Origin: a virus
Lineage: Duplodnaviria > Heunggongvirae > Uroviricota > Caudoviricetes
Strand: one strand, 5' to 3'
IMG/VR virus record: IMGVR_UViG_2734482777_000019
DNA length: 40,224 bases
Below, one piece after another: positions 21,912-31,497 of this stretch. The position numbers and the translations under genes are program-made. The number at the start of each line of letters is the position of its first letter. Position 1 is the stretch's first letter. The notes under the pieces are model-generated. The model made no database searches, had not been told where the DNA came from, and saw nothing but the letters and a program-made list of their open reading frames with translations.

Positions 21912-22379
21912 TCATTTCAGGCACTGCGTGTTGATGTATTCCTGCAGCGCTCTCAGTGATGTTTGGTCGCTGATGATTCCGGATCTGATACTGAGAACGT
22001 TTCGTCCAGCAACTGGAGAGAGTTCGACGGTGGCATCATTGCCCATGCCGGAGGTGCGGGAGGTTTCGGTTGAGGCTGGCACTTGACACTTTCCTTTGAC
22101 GAGCACCCTGCCACCATTATCAAGCTTGCGCCGAAGAGCATCATTTTCAGCTTTCGCATCAGCTAACTCCTTCGTGTATTTTGCATCGAGCGCAGCAACA
22201 TCACGCTGACGCTGCTGCATGTCAGAGATGGTGGCGGTCGCCTGCTTCAGCTCACTGACTTTTTTATCGCGCTGCTCTTTGTAGGCGATTGCGTTATCAC
22301 GGTAATGATTAACAGCCCATGACAGACAGACGATGATGCAGATAACCAGAGCGGAGATAATCGCGGTTACTCTGCTCAT
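21912..22379 (-). CDS. Rz: Rz inner-membrane spanin (i-spanin)
   Basis: 155 aa, N-terminus [31 protein letters not shown]... is near-identical to lambda Rz. Confidence 0.95.
   Translation of the reverse strand: MSRVTAIISALVICIIVCLSWAVNHYRDNAIAYKEQRDKKVSELKQATATISDMQQRQRDVAALDAKYTKELADAKAENDALRRKLDNGGRVLVKGKCQVPASTETSRTSGMGNDATVELSPVAGRNVLSIRSGIISDQTSLRALQEYINTQCLK
21953..22159 (-). CDS. Rz1: Rz1 outer-membrane lipoprotein spanin (o-spanin), embedded in Rz in the +1 frame
   Basis: [19 protein letters not shown] lipobox and Pro-rich body as in lambda Rz1; fully nested in Rz. Confidence 0.85.
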   Translation of the reverse strand: MRKLKMMLFGASLIMVAGCSSKESVKCQPQPKPPAPPAWAMMPPSNSLQLLDETFSVSDPESSATKHH

Positions 22380-22852
22380 ACCTCAATCTCTCTGACCGTT
22401 CCGCCAGCTTCTTTGAATTTTGCAATCAGGTTGTCAGCCTTATGCTCGAACTGACCATAACCAGCGCCCGGCAGTGAAGCCCAGATATTGCTGCAACGGT
22501 CGATTGCCTGACGAATATCACCGCGATCAATCATCGGTAAAGCGCCACGCTCTTTAATCTGCTGCAATGCCACAGCGTCCTGGCTTTTCGGAGAGAAATC
22601 TTTCAGGCCAAGCTGCTTACGGTAGGCATCCCACCAACGGGAAAGAAGCTGGTAACGTCCGGCTGCTGTTGATTTGAGTTTGGGGTTTAGCATGACAAGT
22701 TTGCGAGGGTGATCGGAGTAATCAGTGAATAGCTCTCCGCCTACAATGACGTCATAACCATGATTTCTGGTTTTCTGTCGTCCGTTATCAGTTCCCTCTG
22801 ACCACGCCAGCATATCGAGGAACGCCTTACGTTGATTATTGATTTCCACCAT
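22376..22852 (-). CDS. R: Endolysin R (lytic transglycosylase)
   Basis: 158 aa, essentially identical to lambda R ([51 protein letters not shown]...). Confidence 0.97.
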   Translation of the reverse strand: MVEINNQRKAFLDMLAWSEGTDNGRQKTRNHGYDVIVGGELFTDYSDHPRKLVMLNPKLKSTAAGRYQLLSRWWDAYRKQLGLKDFSPKSQDAVALQQIKERGALPMIDRGDIRQAIDRCSNIWASLPGAGYGQFEHKADNLIAKFKEAGGTVREIEV

Positions 22853-23159
22853 CTTCTACTCCGGCTTTTTTAGCAGCGAAGCGTTTGATAAGCGAACCAA
22901 TCGAGTCAGTACCGATGTAGCCGATAAACACGCTCGTTATATAAGCGAGATTGCTACTTAGTCCGGCGAAGTCGAGAAGGTCACGAATGAACCAGGCGAT
23001 AATGGCGCACATCGTTGCGTCGATTACTGTTTTTGTAAACGCACCGCCATTATATCTGCCGCGAAGGTACGCCATTGCAAACGCAAGGATTGCCCCGATG
23101 CCTTGTTCCTTTGCCGCGAGAATGGCGGCTAACAGGTCATGTTTTTCTGGCATCTTCAT
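22836..23159 (-). CDS. S: Holin S (dual-start holin/antiholin)
   Basis: 107 aa, essentially identical to lambda S107 including the MKM dual start. Confidence 0.97.
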   Translation of the reverse strand: MKMPEKHDLLAAILAAKEQGIGAILAFAMAYLRGRYNGGAFTKTVIDATMCAIIAWFIRDLLDFAGLSSNLAYITSVFIGYIGTDSIGSLIKRFAAKKAGVEDGGNQ

Positions 23160-23275
23160 GTCTTACCCCCAATAAGGGGATTTGCTCTATTTAATTAGGA
23201 ATAAGGTCGATTACTGATAGAACAAATCCAGGCTACTGTGTTTAGTAATCAGATTTGTTCGTGACCGATATGCAC

Positions 23276-23315
23276 GGGCAAAACGGCAGGAGGTTGTTAG
23301 CGCAACCTCTTGCCG
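23276..23315 (-). terminator. Late terminator tR' (lambda-type), target of Q antitermination
   Basis: Minus-strand sequence ...ggcggcaagaggttg-cgctaa-caacctcctgccgttttgccc matches the 3' end of lambda 6S RNA/tR'. Confidence 0.75.
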
Positions 23316-23401
23316 CCCGCTTTCACGAAAGTCATGTGTAGAAGGCCGCAGCGTAACTATCACTGATGAATTCAGGATAGCCAGTGGCTACGGCTCAGTT
23401 A

Positions 23402-23477
23402 TGGTGCTGGTTAACGGACTTGAACCGCTACCCATTCGCTTACAAGGCGACTGCTCTACCATTGGAGCTAAACCAGC
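23402..23477 (-). tRNA. tRNA-Thr (anticodon UGU)
   Basis: 76-nt cloverleaf GCTGGTT..GCTC/GAGC D-arm, anticodon loop CTTGTAA, T-arm GGTTCAAGTCC, acceptor AACCAGC, discriminator A, encoded CCA; one mismatch at the base of the anticodon stem. Confidence 0.7.
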
Positions 23478-23482
23478 ATATT

Positions 23483-23557
23483 TGGCGGGACAGCGTGGAC
23501 TCGAACCACGATAAGAAGGTTAACAGCCTTCCGTAATGACCTTTATACGACTGACCC
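23483..23557 (-). tRNA. tRNA-Asn (anticodon GUU)
   Basis: 75-nt cloverleaf: acceptor GGGTCAG/CTGTCCC (1 mismatch), anticodon stem GAAGG/CCTTC, loop CTGTTAA, T-arm CGTGG-TTCGAGT-CCACG, encoded CCA; loop and T-arm match E. coli tRNA-Asn. Confidence 0.75.
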
Positions 23558-23620
23558 AAATAAAAAAAGCCACCGTTGCAACTTAAGAGTCACTAACGGC
23601 AGCTTACCCTCTAATTATGG

Positions 23621-24139
23621 CTAAATGGCTAATTGCATGTCAAGGTTTTTAACAGCAACATGCTTAACTTTCTCAACACGTTTACGCATTTTGAAAGCAT
23701 TTTGCATTGGTTGGTACAAAACAAATAATGACGCTTTCAGGATGTCGTCAATTTCGTTTCTACAGGTTGCCAGTGAAGGTTTTCTCCATCCCTCGCCACC
23801 ACGTCCACACATCTTGCGTGGCTTTGCAGTCGCGTGATAGTAGGATGCAATTGCTCGCTTAGATGAACCATGAGCGTAGTAGCTGAGGAGGATGCCAAAG
23901 GCTTTTTTGTCAATGTACATGACGGAATCGACGACCTGAGAAATCAACATTCCATCATCATCATTGCACATTGGCCTTGTCATAACTCTTCCCGGCTCTA
24001 CGCTCTCCATGAACTTCGCTATTACGCTGCTCATGCGCTTTTCCAGACGACCTGAATAAACCCATGCGCCCCACAGTTCAAGCCAGCCATTCAGCCACTC
24101 GTGCTGCTCTTTGGTGAGGTTTAGTTCTCTTATGCCCAC
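23621..24139 (-). CDS. Q: Late-gene antiterminator Q (non-lambda type)
   Basis: 172-aa ORF at the canonical position between ninI and the pR'/tR'/lysis region; Cys-containing; assignment mainly by synteny. Confidence 0.75.
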   Translation of the reverse strand: MGIRELNLTKEQHEWLNGWLELWGAWVYSGRLEKRMSSVIAKFMESVEPGRVMTRPMCNDDDGMLISQVVDSVMYIDKKAFGILLSYYAHGSSKRAIASYYHATAKPRKMCGRGGEGWRKPSLATCRNEIDDILKASLFVLYQPMQNAFKMRKRVEKVKHVAVKNLDMQLAI

Positions 24140-24801
24140 GCGCCTTCTCCCTGTACCTGAATCAATGTGAGGTTTCCGCAGAACACTGCGCCGGTATCGA
24201 TATACATCTGGTTGGCAAACTTGAGTGGTTTCACTGCTGGCGTATGACCAAAGATGAACGTGTCAGCTCCTTTGATTTCTTTCACGATCCCGTCTTGTGA
24301 GTTGCTGATTCGTTCGCGGTTCCAGATTACCTGCTGATGATCAACTGGCTTTCCAAATTCGTATTCGTCACAAGGATAATCGGCGTGGCAGATGACATAT
24401 TTTTTACCTTCGCTCACCAGTTCGATGATTAACGGAAGTTCATCTGCTTTATGGGCAAGAGCTTTAGCCAGAATTTCTTTGTCGTAATCGAGATTAAAGA
24501 ACCAGCCACCGCCATTAAACAGCCAGTGATTGACGTTTCCACGCTCTGATAAGCCATCAATCATCATTTGCTCATGGTTTCCACGTACAGCTCGGAACCA
24601 GGGGAATGTGATTAATTCCAGACATTCGACGTTCTCTGTACCGCGATCGACCAAATCGCCAACCGAGATAAGCAGGTCTTTTTTGGTGTCGAATCCCATC
24701 GTCTCCAGTTTTTTCATCAGGTTCGTGTAGCATCCGTGCAGATCGCCAACTACCCAAATATTTCGGTATTTGCTGCCATCAATTTTTTCGTAATAGCGCA
24801 T
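24130..24801 (-). CDS. ninI: Ser/Thr protein phosphatase (lambda NinI-like)
   Basis: [25 protein letters not shown]...GNHE metallophosphatase motifs, near-identical to lambda PPase; start set to the internal Met of the longer track ORF. Confidence 0.9.
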   Translation of the reverse strand: MRYYEKIDGSKYRNIWVVGDLHGCYTNLMKKLETMGFDTKKDLLISVGDLVDRGTENVECLELITFPWFRAVRGNHEQMMIDGLSERGNVNHWLFNGGGWFFNLDYDKEILAKALAHKADELPLIIELVSEGKKYVICHADYPCDEYEFGKPVDHQQVIWNRERISNSQDGIVKEIKGADTFIFGHTPAVKPLKFANQMYIDTGAVFCGNLTLIQVQGEGAWA

Positions 24802-24985
24802 CTCTTTCACTCCATCCGCGGTGAACCATAAGAACACCGTTGACGATAGCGTGTCTTTTCCCTTCTTTATCGCCAGTGTATTTTCTGACCGTGTTGCGAC
24901 TACAGTTCAGTATTCTGGCTACCTCGGTCTGATTTTCATATGCCTCAACGAGCATGTCAGGAATGGTTTTTACTGTGAACGTCAT
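24779..24985 (-). CDS. ninH: NinH
   Basis: 68 aa [36 protein letters not shown]..., near-identical to lambda NinH. Confidence 0.9.
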   Translation of the reverse strand: MTFTVKTIPDMLVEAYENQTEVARILNCSRNTVRKYTGDKEGKRHAIVNGVLMVHRGWSERDALLRKN

Positions 24986-25587
24986 GCGGCCTCACTTCTG
25001 CTGTTTCGCAGGTCTTTAAGTTTCTGCTGATACTTCGCCTTGATCGCCCTGCATTCTTCGACAGTCCAGCGATGGCGGTTATGGTTCGATTCGATTTCGT
25101 CTACTGCTTCCTGCCCGATGCGGTTAATCAGTTCGACGCGATACGGAACGAGATTTCCGCTTTTGTGCTGGTTGCACACCACGCATTGCTTGTGAATATT
25201 GCGTTCATCAAATCGGAGTTGAGGTGTCGCAGCAGTTGTCCGGTAATGTCCGGCATCCCACTGAGCAGACGTGAGCGTTCCGCACGAGATACATGGTAAG
25301 TCGCGGTCTCTTTCTCTGATGAAGGCGTTTACGGCTTGTTGGGCTTGTTTAATCCAGTAACTGCGGGGCTTTAAGGCGAGTTTTCGAATCTTAAGTTTAT
25401 CTTTCTGTTTCTGCTCCTCTCGTCGTCGTTTCTTCTCTGCTGCCTTTTCCGCTTTTTCGCGTTCTTTGCTTCGTCGTTCGAGTGCTAATTGAGTTCCGTG
25501 TTCCGGGCTGCACCACCACTGATTTGAGAATGCCGGGTGAAACCATTCCTTACAGATTTTGCATTTCCTTCGCGCTGGTTTAGCCAT
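24982..25587 (-). CDS. ninG: NinG (Rap recombination endonuclease family)
   Basis: 201 aa, N-terminal Cys-rich region and Lys/Arg-rich segment, closely resembles lambda NinG. Confidence 0.9.
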   Translation of the reverse strand: MAKPARRKCKICKEWFHPAFSNQWWCSPEHGTQLALERRSKEREKAEKAAEKKRRREEQKQKDKLKIRKLALKPRSYWIKQAQQAVNAFIRERDRDLPCISCGTLTSAQWDAGHYRTTAATPQLRFDERNIHKQCVVCNQHKSGNLVPYRVELINRIGQEAVDEIESNHNRHRWTVEECRAIKAKYQQKLKDLRNSRSEAA

Positions 25588-25943
25588 TAAGCAGCCTCCC
25601 CTGTTACTTTCAGCATTCCGTTATCGAGCAGCTTTCTGGTCAGCCACTGTTGACCACGCCCGGTGATTTTTGTGGTGAACGATATCTGTATTCCGTGATT
25701 TGTATTGACCGCTGTTTCTTTCACTGTGAAATAGCCGCGCTCCATATATTCCTGCATTGGCACATTTCGCCGGGAACCTGAAGCAATAAGGATTTTGTGA
25801 TCGCGCATCCACGCAAACAGTTTGTTTGGACCAATACCAACAACCTTTGCAAAGTTTCCAATCAAAATTCCGCTGGCCTCGCCAACGCGATCGGCAAACT
25901 CAACTTTAGGTGCGGCAATTGCGAGCTGGTTTTCCAGTTGCAT
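25587..25943 (-). CDS. KilAC-domain antirepressor-like protein (C-terminal part of a Rha/Roi-type protein)
   Basis: 118-aa ORF; starts 1 codon after an in-frame TAG that ends the upstream Rha-domain ORF. Confidence 0.6.
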   Translation of the reverse strand: MQLENQLAIAAPKVEFADRVGEASGILIGNFAKVVGIGPNKLFAWMRDHKILIASGSRRNVPMQEYMERGYFTVKETAVNTNHGIQISFTTKITGRGQQWLTRKLLDNGMLKVTGEAA

Positions 25944-25946
25944 TTT

Positions 25947-26309
25947 CTACTCAGCAAGATCAGCAGCAAGGCGCAACGCTTCTGGTAGCGTTTTGGGGAT
26001 ATTAACCGAAGTTTCTTCAAGCTCTCGCCAACGGTCAACAAGACGAGCGGTGAATTCCGGCGACAACTGGGCTACAACGACAATACTGTCTCGCTTACCT
26101 TGTTCGCCCTCAAAAACGTAAGCCTCTACGCCACGAAGTAATCCTAAGTTATTGATTTTTTCGAAAACCACCATTGGGGGATTTCGGATCACACCTCGAG
26201 CCGCCAGTCGTTCAATAGATTGTTTCACCTTGTCATGACGACTTCCCACCAACTCAGCGATTTCAATGCTTGTCATTTTGATGGCATTGCCATTCATTAA
26301 CTCATTCAT
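25947..26309 (-). CDS. Rha-family regulatory protein (N-terminal domain)
   Basis: 120-aa ORF, Rha-like N-terminal domain; same reading frame as the downstream KilAC ORF, separated by a single amber codon. Confidence 0.6.
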   Translation of the reverse strand: MNELMNGNAIKMTSIEIAELVGSRHDKVKQSIERLAARGVIRNPPMVVFEKINNLGLLRGVEAYVFEGEQGKRDSIVVVAQLSPEFTARLVDRWRELEETSVNIPKTLPEALRLAADLAE

Positions 26310-26478
26310 CGTCTTCTTCCTCGTACATTGAGCTATTCGGATCGCTCATCAGTTCTGCGCAGCAGTGCTCACACACGTGAACTTCCAGCACATGCAGCTT
26401 CTGACCGCAGTTAGCGCACGTTAAAGCTCGCTCGACGCTTTCTTTCTGGTATTGAAGGGATTGGGATGGGCTAAGCAT
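26302..26478 (-). CDS. ninF: NinF
   Basis: Not in ORF track (58 aa): [58 protein letters not shown], near-identical to lambda NinF; start overlaps upstream stop (TAATG). Confidence 0.8.
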   Translation of the reverse strand: MLSPSQSLQYQKESVERALTCANCGQKLHVLEVHVCEHCCAELMSDPNSSMYEEEDDE

Positions 26479-26843
26479 TATTGGATTCTCTGCATCATGA
26501 GAAAGACAATCATGGCGGCGCGGAGGGGATTTTCATGTATAGCTCGCTTAGATTTACAGTAGGCCACACCGCGTGCACCCCACTCGTCTTCATCGAGATT
26601 GATAATGCTAATCCTGTATTTTTCAATAATCGGCCATGCGTCTGCTGGGTTTGCGCATGGGTTAAAGGAACCGCGCTCAACTTCTACTTCAACTGCGTCT
26701 CCGTTTACAATGTCTCCCTCAAATGAGACAAACACCATATCGCCATTCTCACCTTCTTTGTAATCCGGTGATCCGTTATGAATGGCTTCGAATACCGCCA
26801 CGTTAATTTCAAAATCACTTAACTGTGAATAATCCATTGTCAT
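26478..26843 (-). CDS. Hypothetical nin-region protein (NinX-like)
   Basis: Track ORF trimmed to the Met whose ATG overlaps the ninE stop (ATGA). Confidence 0.55.
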   Translation of the reverse strand: MTMDYSQLSDFEINVAVFEAIHNGSPDYKEGENGDMVFVSFEGDIVNGDAVEVEVERGSFNPCANPADAWPIIEKYRISIINLDEDEWGARGVAYCKSKRAIHENPLRAAMIVFLMMQRIQ

Positions 26844-27016
26844 TTCCTCGCACGATGTCTTAGCCACCGGATATCCCACAGGTGAGCCGTGTAGTTGAAG
26901 GTTTTTACGTCAGTTTCTTTTGGGATTGGCTTGGGTTTATTTCTGGAGCGTTTCGTTGGAAGGTATTTGCAGTTTTCGCAGATTATGTCGGTGATACTTC
27001 GTCGCTGTCTCGCCAC
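26840..27016 (-). CDS. ninE: NinE
   Basis: Not in ORF track: GTG start preceded by AAAGGAGGA; (M)[57 protein letters not shown] closely matches lambda NinE. Confidence 0.75.
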
Positions 27017-27152
27017 ACGTCCTCCTTTTCCTGCGGTAGTGGTAACACCCCTGTTGGTGTTCTTTCACACCGGAGACACCATCGATTCCAGTAAGGCTGT
27101 CATGGTCGAAAGCGATCGTCCTCCTTTCGCTCTCCACATCGATAACAGTGCT

Positions 27153-27743
27153 TCATGCGATCACCATTTTGCATGGTTTAATCGCCATGCCGGGAGCCAG
27201 TTCAAAATCGGAGTCGCACTGATTTCCCCACATATCCCACCCGGTCACTTTGTCGCGGCTAAATAACTCACAGCGCGGCACGTCGCCAAGCAACTTAGCT
27301 AACATGTCTCTTACGATCGGTGGTTTTGCACTGTGCTCCATTCTCGGTGCGGTAAAGTGCTGGCATATTGAAGCGTCCATTCTCTCAGGTAACCGCCCTC
27401 GAACGGCAAACAAGCAATCCTCGCTATTTGCCCGGGTCATATGCCCCATTCCGATCGCACTGTTGCCTTTGTGCTTATTGGTTTTGTGCCAAGTAAAGCC
27501 TTTCATAGTCATCAACCTGAATCCCCACGCCTCAACTACCTTTAGCGCTTCGGCTGGCTGTGTCGGCACCCACCACATCGCTAACAAGCAAGATTCTGGA
27601 TCCGCTAAATCCCATACTGGCAGTCGGCAAATGTCCTGAACATTCATAACATCGTATTTATGTCCAGCACCGCGATTGCCATCGTTGGCTTTGTCGCGAT
27701 ATTGCCAAGGCGGATCTGCGTAAATAAGTCGGTATTTGTTCAT
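27153..27743 (-). CDS. DNA N6-adenine methyltransferase, MT-A70 family
   Basis: 196 aa with the DPPW catalytic motif (YADPPWQY) near the N-terminus. Confidence 0.85.
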   Translation of the reverse strand: MNKYRLIYADPPWQYRDKANDGNRGAGHKYDVMNVQDICRLPVWDLADPESCLLAMWWVPTQPAEALKVVEAWGFRLMTMKGFTWHKTNKHKGNSAIGMGHMTRANSEDCLFAVRGRLPERMDASICQHFTAPRMEHSAKPPIVRDMLAKLLGDVPRCELFSRDKVTGWDMWGNQCDSDFELAPGMAIKPCKMVIA

Positions 27744-28183
27744 GCAGCTTTATCTCCCCATCTCGCTTTCCACTCCATAGCCAGTCGCGCTTCGTCTGAC
27801 CACTTAACGCCACGCTCTGTACCGAATGCCTGTATAAGCTCTAATAGCTCCGCAAATTCGCTTACACGCATCCTGCTGGTTGACTGGCCTATTACCACAA
27901 AGCCATTCCCGGCAAGGTTAGGAACAACGTCCTGCTGCTTTAATGCTGCGGTAAACACACACTTCCAGCTTTCTGCATCCAGCCAGCGCCCATGCCATTC
28001 AACCTGACGCGAAACGTCACCAAGGCAAGCCCAAAGCTTCCGATTTTGGTCTAAGCTGCGGTTGCGTTCCTGAATGGTTACTACGATTGGTTTGGTTGGG
28101 TCTGGAAGGATTTGCTGGATAGCTTGAATGGCGTTCTGCTGATGGATGGGGCTTCTTAGTTCAAACGTTAGTTTCCTCACCAT
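27740..28183 (-). CDS. ninB: NinB (Orf recombination mediator)
   Basis: 147 aa, near-identical to lambda NinB (…PIHQQNAIQAIQQILPDPTKPIVVTIQERNRSLDQNRKLWACLGDVSRQVEWHGRWLDAESWKCVF…). Confidence 0.95.
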   Translation of the reverse strand: MVRKLTFELRSPIHQQNAIQAIQQILPDPTKPIVVTIQERNRSLDQNRKLWACLGDVSRQVEWHGRWLDAESWKCVFTAALKQQDVVPNLAGNGFVVIGQSTSRMRVSEFAELLELIQAFGTERGVKWSDEARLAMEWKARWGDKAA

Positions 28184-28325
28184 TTACGCTCCTGTAATCG
28201 TCAAGTGCAGCTGCAATAGTCTCTATCGGGTCATGGTCTTGCCCGATAATCTCATTTACGTTTTCATCTTCTTCCACACCGAAAAAGAATCGCAGGGCTA
28301 ACATGATTTCTTCGTATGCGCTCAT
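28161..28325 (-). CDS. Small hypothetical protein (54 aa)
   Basis: Not in ORF track; ATG 2 nt after the upstream stop, preceded by GGAGTGAG; ends overlapping the ninB start. Confidence 0.35.
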   Translation of the reverse strand: MSAYEEIMLALRFFFGVEEDENVNEIIGQDHDPIETIAAALDDYRSVNGEETNV

Positions 28326-28327
28326 AC

Positions 28328-28567
28328 TCACTCCTTCACTTTGATTCCGGCGGCGCGGATGGCGCTCTGCACCTCGCTTACATACAGATATTGGGTTCGC
28401 CCACTATGCATGGTAAAGCTTTCAGGAAGCTCAATCTCGATAGCTGCGCGAGACTTTCTCCAAAACTCCCAGCAAGTGTCTGCATAATCCTGATTGGGAT
28501 ATTCTTCCAATTCCCAGCCAGTTAATTCTTCAAAAGCTTCGGCAAACTGCTTTCTTGATTCGTCCAT
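28328..28567 (-). CDS. Hypothetical acidic protein
   Basis: 79-aa ORF in tight early-operon array. Confidence 0.55.
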   Translation of the reverse strand: MDESRKQFAEAFEELTGWELEEYPNQDYADTCWEFWRKSRAAIEIELPESFTMHSGRTQYLYVSEVQSAIRAAGIKVKE

Positions 28568-28578
28568 ATCAATCCCCG

Positions 28579-28779
28579 TTATGACAGGTTAATTTTCAAC
28601 CAACCCTTCCCACGCACATTTGCAACAAGCCCTTTCTTTCTCAGGTATTGCATTCGGCGATCGATGGTTTCGATATACATTCCATTGCTCCGCCATTTAA
28701 GCCAGATATCAAAAACAGGTGTTGGTCTTTCACTCAGCATTGAAAGAATGTTTTGATCTAATTTTTCGTACTTGCTCAC
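28579..28779 (-). CDS. Hypothetical protein (possible winged-helix)
   Basis: 66-aa ORF, start overlaps stop of upstream gene. Confidence 0.55.
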   Translation of the reverse strand: MSKYEKLDQNILSMLSERPTPVFDIWLKWRSNGMYIETIDRRMQYLRKKGLVANVRGKGWLKINLS

Positions 28780-29102
28780 AAATACCCTCTCTCACTTAAT
28801 CGCGCCCATGCTTCGTTAAACTCTTCTCGGGTTGCGCCGAATTTTCTTTCTTCAAACATCATGCATTCGCTGATGTCTCCCCATGACTTTGGTCGCTTTT
28901 CAGCGAACAGATCATCCCATTCGAATACCCAGCGGCCTGATTTTCGGTAGTGGTAAATGGTCAGCCATGTTGTGCTGTTCGCTGGATACCCATAGAGAAC
29001 TTCGACTTTTTGATCACGGTCTTTATGCTTTTTCAGAAGGATAAAGCCAGCAACCAGCGAAGCTCCGGCAAGAATGATTATTGGAATTTGCCAGTCAGCC
29101 AC
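28776..29102 (-). CDS. Hypothetical membrane-anchored protein
   Basis: 108-aa ORF with single N-terminal TM segment (IPIIILAGASLVAGFILL). Confidence 0.55.
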   Translation of the reverse strand: MADWQIPIIILAGASLVAGFILLKKHKDRDQKVEVLYGYPANSTTWLTIYHYRKSGRWVFEWDDLFAEKRPKSWGDISECMMFEERKFGATREEFNEAWARLSERGYL

Positions 29103-29120
29103 ACTTCCCTCTCCCCCAAA

Positions 29121-29149
29121 TAAAAAGGCCTGCGATTACCAGCAGGCCT
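29121..29149 (-). terminator. Intrinsic terminator (or attenuator) downstream of the helicase gene
   Basis: Minus-strand hairpin ggcctgc-tggtaatc-gcaggcc followed by TTTTTATTT. Confidence 0.45.
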
Positions 29150-29174
29150 GTTATTAGCTCAGTGATGTAGATGG

Positions 29175-30551
29175 TCATACGTCAGCCCCTTGTGCATATC
29201 GTCTGCCACGCGCAGCAGGTGCATTTGATGCTGTGCAAATCTGTCTGGCTTCATCCTGGTCACATGCAACAAAGTGTCCGTTACAGAACCGCTGGTAAAC
29301 CGTACCAAGTGAGCCAAAACGGTTTTTCGTCACGATGATTTCAGCAAATGGCGCGGCGCTACTGTTCTCGTCATATACCGCTTCCCGATAGAGCATGATG
29401 ATTGAGTCTGCGTCCTGCTCAATGCTTCCTGAATCACGCAAATCTGCGTTTGTCGGGCGTTTGTTTGGTCGCTTCTCAACATCGCGAGAAAGCTGACTTA
29501 GGGAGATAACAGGCGTTTTCAGGTCTTTCGCCATCGCCTTCAGGCTTCCTGAGATGTGAGCAATTGCGAGGTCGTTGCGATCTGCTTTCGGCTTCTCAAT
29601 CAGGCCAAGATAATCCGCCATGATGAGTGACAGGTTTGGATTTTCCTGTTTGTGCCGTTCTGCGATTGAGCGTATTTCTTCGACCGATAACCGCGAGGCA
29701 TCGACTACCCATACATCCAAATCTGCAAGCTGACTCATACCGTTAGCAACACGCGCCCAGCCTTCGTCATCCATCGATGCAGGATTTCGCAGTACGCTAA
29801 CCGACATCCTCCCGGCGTTGGCAATGCTTCGCTCTGCAATCTGCAATGCGCTCATTTCCATTGAGAAAATCAATACCCCGCGCCGGACGTCAGAACCAGG
29901 AATAACGCGGCTTGCAACGCCTTCGGCAATCTTCAGCGCCAGTTCGGTTTTCCCCATGCCAGGACGAGCAGCGATTATCACTAGGTCTTCCGCGTTCATC
30001 CCTCCGGTGATGACATCAAGTTCTTCGATTCCGGTCTTCAGGGTATCTGACTCTTCTCCGTTCCTCAGACGCCTGTCAAGCGTGTCAGTGTAGTCAGTGA
30101 TGATTTCCCCTAACCGTACAGGTTTAACCTCGTCACGGGGCTTTCTGATGGCTGAAAGACGCTTTACAAGCTCGTCCATCGCCTGACTCGATGTATCGAT
30201 GGTTCCGCTCTGAATTGGTTCACGCATTTCATCCATGATTTCCAGCACCAGACGGCGGTGATAGTTATCCGCGACCATTCCGGCATATCCCTTCAGGTTT
30301 GCGGCACTCGGGCAGTTTTTGCTGGTCATCAGGATTGACGTGAAATGCTCCTCTCCGCACGCCTCGGCAACCATCAGCGCGTCGATTAGGTTTCTGTTTC
30401 TCGCCTGCTTGCGGATAACTTCGAAGGCTTTCCGGTAGAGCGGAATTGAAAACGCTTCCGGCTCCAGCGTTGCCAGAACGTCGCTGGCGGTTGGTGTTAA
30501 TCCACCAATCAGCAGGCCACCGATAACGCTCGCTTCGATATCCTGTCTCAT
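29175..30551 (-). CDS. Replicative DNA helicase (DnaB family; P22 gene 12-like)
   Basis: 458 aa with Walker A ([12 protein letters not shown]) and DnaB-like C-terminal RecA fold motifs. Confidence 0.9.
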   Translation of the reverse strand: MRQDIEASVIGGLLIGGLTPTASDVLATLEPEAFSIPLYRKAFEVIRKQARNRNLIDALMVAEACGEEHFTSILMTSKNCPSAANLKGYAGMVADNYHRRLVLEIMDEMREPIQSGTIDTSSQAMDELVKRLSAIRKPRDEVKPVRLGEIITDYTDTLDRRLRNGEESDTLKTGIEELDVITGGMNAEDLVIIAARPGMGKTELALKIAEGVASRVIPGSDVRRGVLIFSMEMSALQIAERSIANAGRMSVSVLRNPASMDDEGWARVANGMSQLADLDVWVVDASRLSVEEIRSIAERHKQENPNLSLIMADYLGLIEKPKADRNDLAIAHISGSLKAMAKDLKTPVISLSQLSRDVEKRPNKRPTNADLRDSGSIEQDADSIIMLYREAVYDENSSAAPFAEIIVTKNRFGSLGTVYQRFCNGHFVACDQDEARQICTASNAPAARGRRYAQGADV

Positions 30552-31495
30552 GCAATCCCCCTGTCTGCAAACTTCCCTTCCCGTACTCCCGTTAACGAAT
30601 CTTCCCTCAGCAGGTAATCAAAATCTGCCGTCCAGCCCGTGTCGTTGTCTCCGAAGTAAAACGGCTTGGCCTGATGCACAAACGCCCTGACATACGCTCT
30701 GAAACCGTCCACGTTTGGCGTTTTCAGTTGCGGGATGATTTTCTTCAGGCGGCGTTTGCGTTTCTCGTTGACCGCAACAGCGTGTGGCAGTCTGTCACCG
30801 ACTTCGGTGTTGTAGGCGTTCAGGAAGGATTCGTAGTCGATTCGTTCTGCCTTGCGACGTTCAGGTTTAACCTGCCCATCGCCTCCCCCATTGGGGGGTA
30901 GGGGGGTATTATTTATATTCTTGTTAATACCTTCTTGTTCATGATGTGCGGTTGTTTGTGCGGCTTCATGTGCGCTTTCATGTGCGGTATGTACGCTGAA
31001 AGCCGCGCCATTACTGGCTTCGTCATGTGCGGAATCATGTGCGGTTGTTTGTGCGGCTTCATGTGCGGGTGAATTGTCCATTTTTCGAGCGTATTCATGG
31101 TAATTTGTGATGGTGATCACACGACCTTTTTGCTTCTCTCCATCAATGTAGATCATCCCCTCTTTCACAAAAACCTGAAGCATCCGCTCAACCTGATCAC
31201 GGCTTGCCGGCTTGCCATGCCTGTCGCATAACTGAAGACCTAAATCAGCTGCTGTCACAACCAGTTGACCGGGTTGCAGATGCCATTCATGACCTTTGAA
31301 ATTCGCTTTGTATGGCTTTCTGGCGGCATTCAGGAGAAGGTTTTCCCACAGGGTGCGAAGATAAACATCTTTCGCCCATGACTGTTTCAGAATGCTCCGG
31401 TACAACGGAATGTAACCAGTTTTCTGGTTCTCCATCCTGTTGCTCCTGCGCTCGTGTGCGGCGCTGAAATCGTAGATTTTTGCTGTATTGCTCAT
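30548..31495 (-). CDS. Replication initiator (lambda O / P22 gene 18-like) containing the origin iterons
   Basis: 315-aa ORF upstream of and overlapping the helicase gene; central repetitive segment ([11 protein letters not shown] repeats) encoded by DNA iterons. Confidence 0.8.
   Translation of the reverse strand: MSNTAKIYDFSAAHERRSNRMENQKTGYIPLYRSILKQSWAKDVYLRTLWENLLLNAARKPYKANFKGHEWHLQPGQLVVTAADLGLQLCDRHGKPASRDQVERMLQVFVKEGMIYIDGEKQKGRVITITNYHEYARKMDNSPAHEAAQTTAHDSAHDEASNGAAFSVHTAHESAHEAAQTTAHHEQEGINKNINNTPLPPNGGGDGQVKPERRKAERIDYESFLNAYNTEVGDRLPHAVAVNEKRKRRLKKIIPQLKTPNVDGFRAYVRAFVHQAKPFYFGDNDTGWTADFDYLLREDSLTGVREGKFADRGIA
30900..31070. repeat. Putative replication origin: about 8 direct iterons of a ~12-bp unit (ttcatgtgcgg / ttgtttgtgcgg) plus adjacent AT-rich segment
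   Basis: Tandem and interspersed repeats of catgtgcgg-type units at ~30940-31068, including two near-identical 33-bp blocks, followed at ~30900-30940 by AT-rich DNA; same iteron-then-AT-rich order as lambda ori inside gene O. Confidence 0.6.
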
Positions 31496-31497
31496 AA

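Noticed and set aside
24130-24837. N-terminally extended NinI (12 extra residues)
   Set aside because: The extension overlaps ninH; the internal Met reproduces the lambda phosphatase N-terminus exactly.
26937-27137. 66-aa minus-strand ORF (GTG start)
   Set aside because: It overlaps ninE in another frame; ninE is well supported by similarity to lambda NinE, this frame is not.
30265-30570. 101-aa minus-strand ORF
   Set aside because: Alternative frame within the helicase N-terminal coding region; Arg/Gly-rich.
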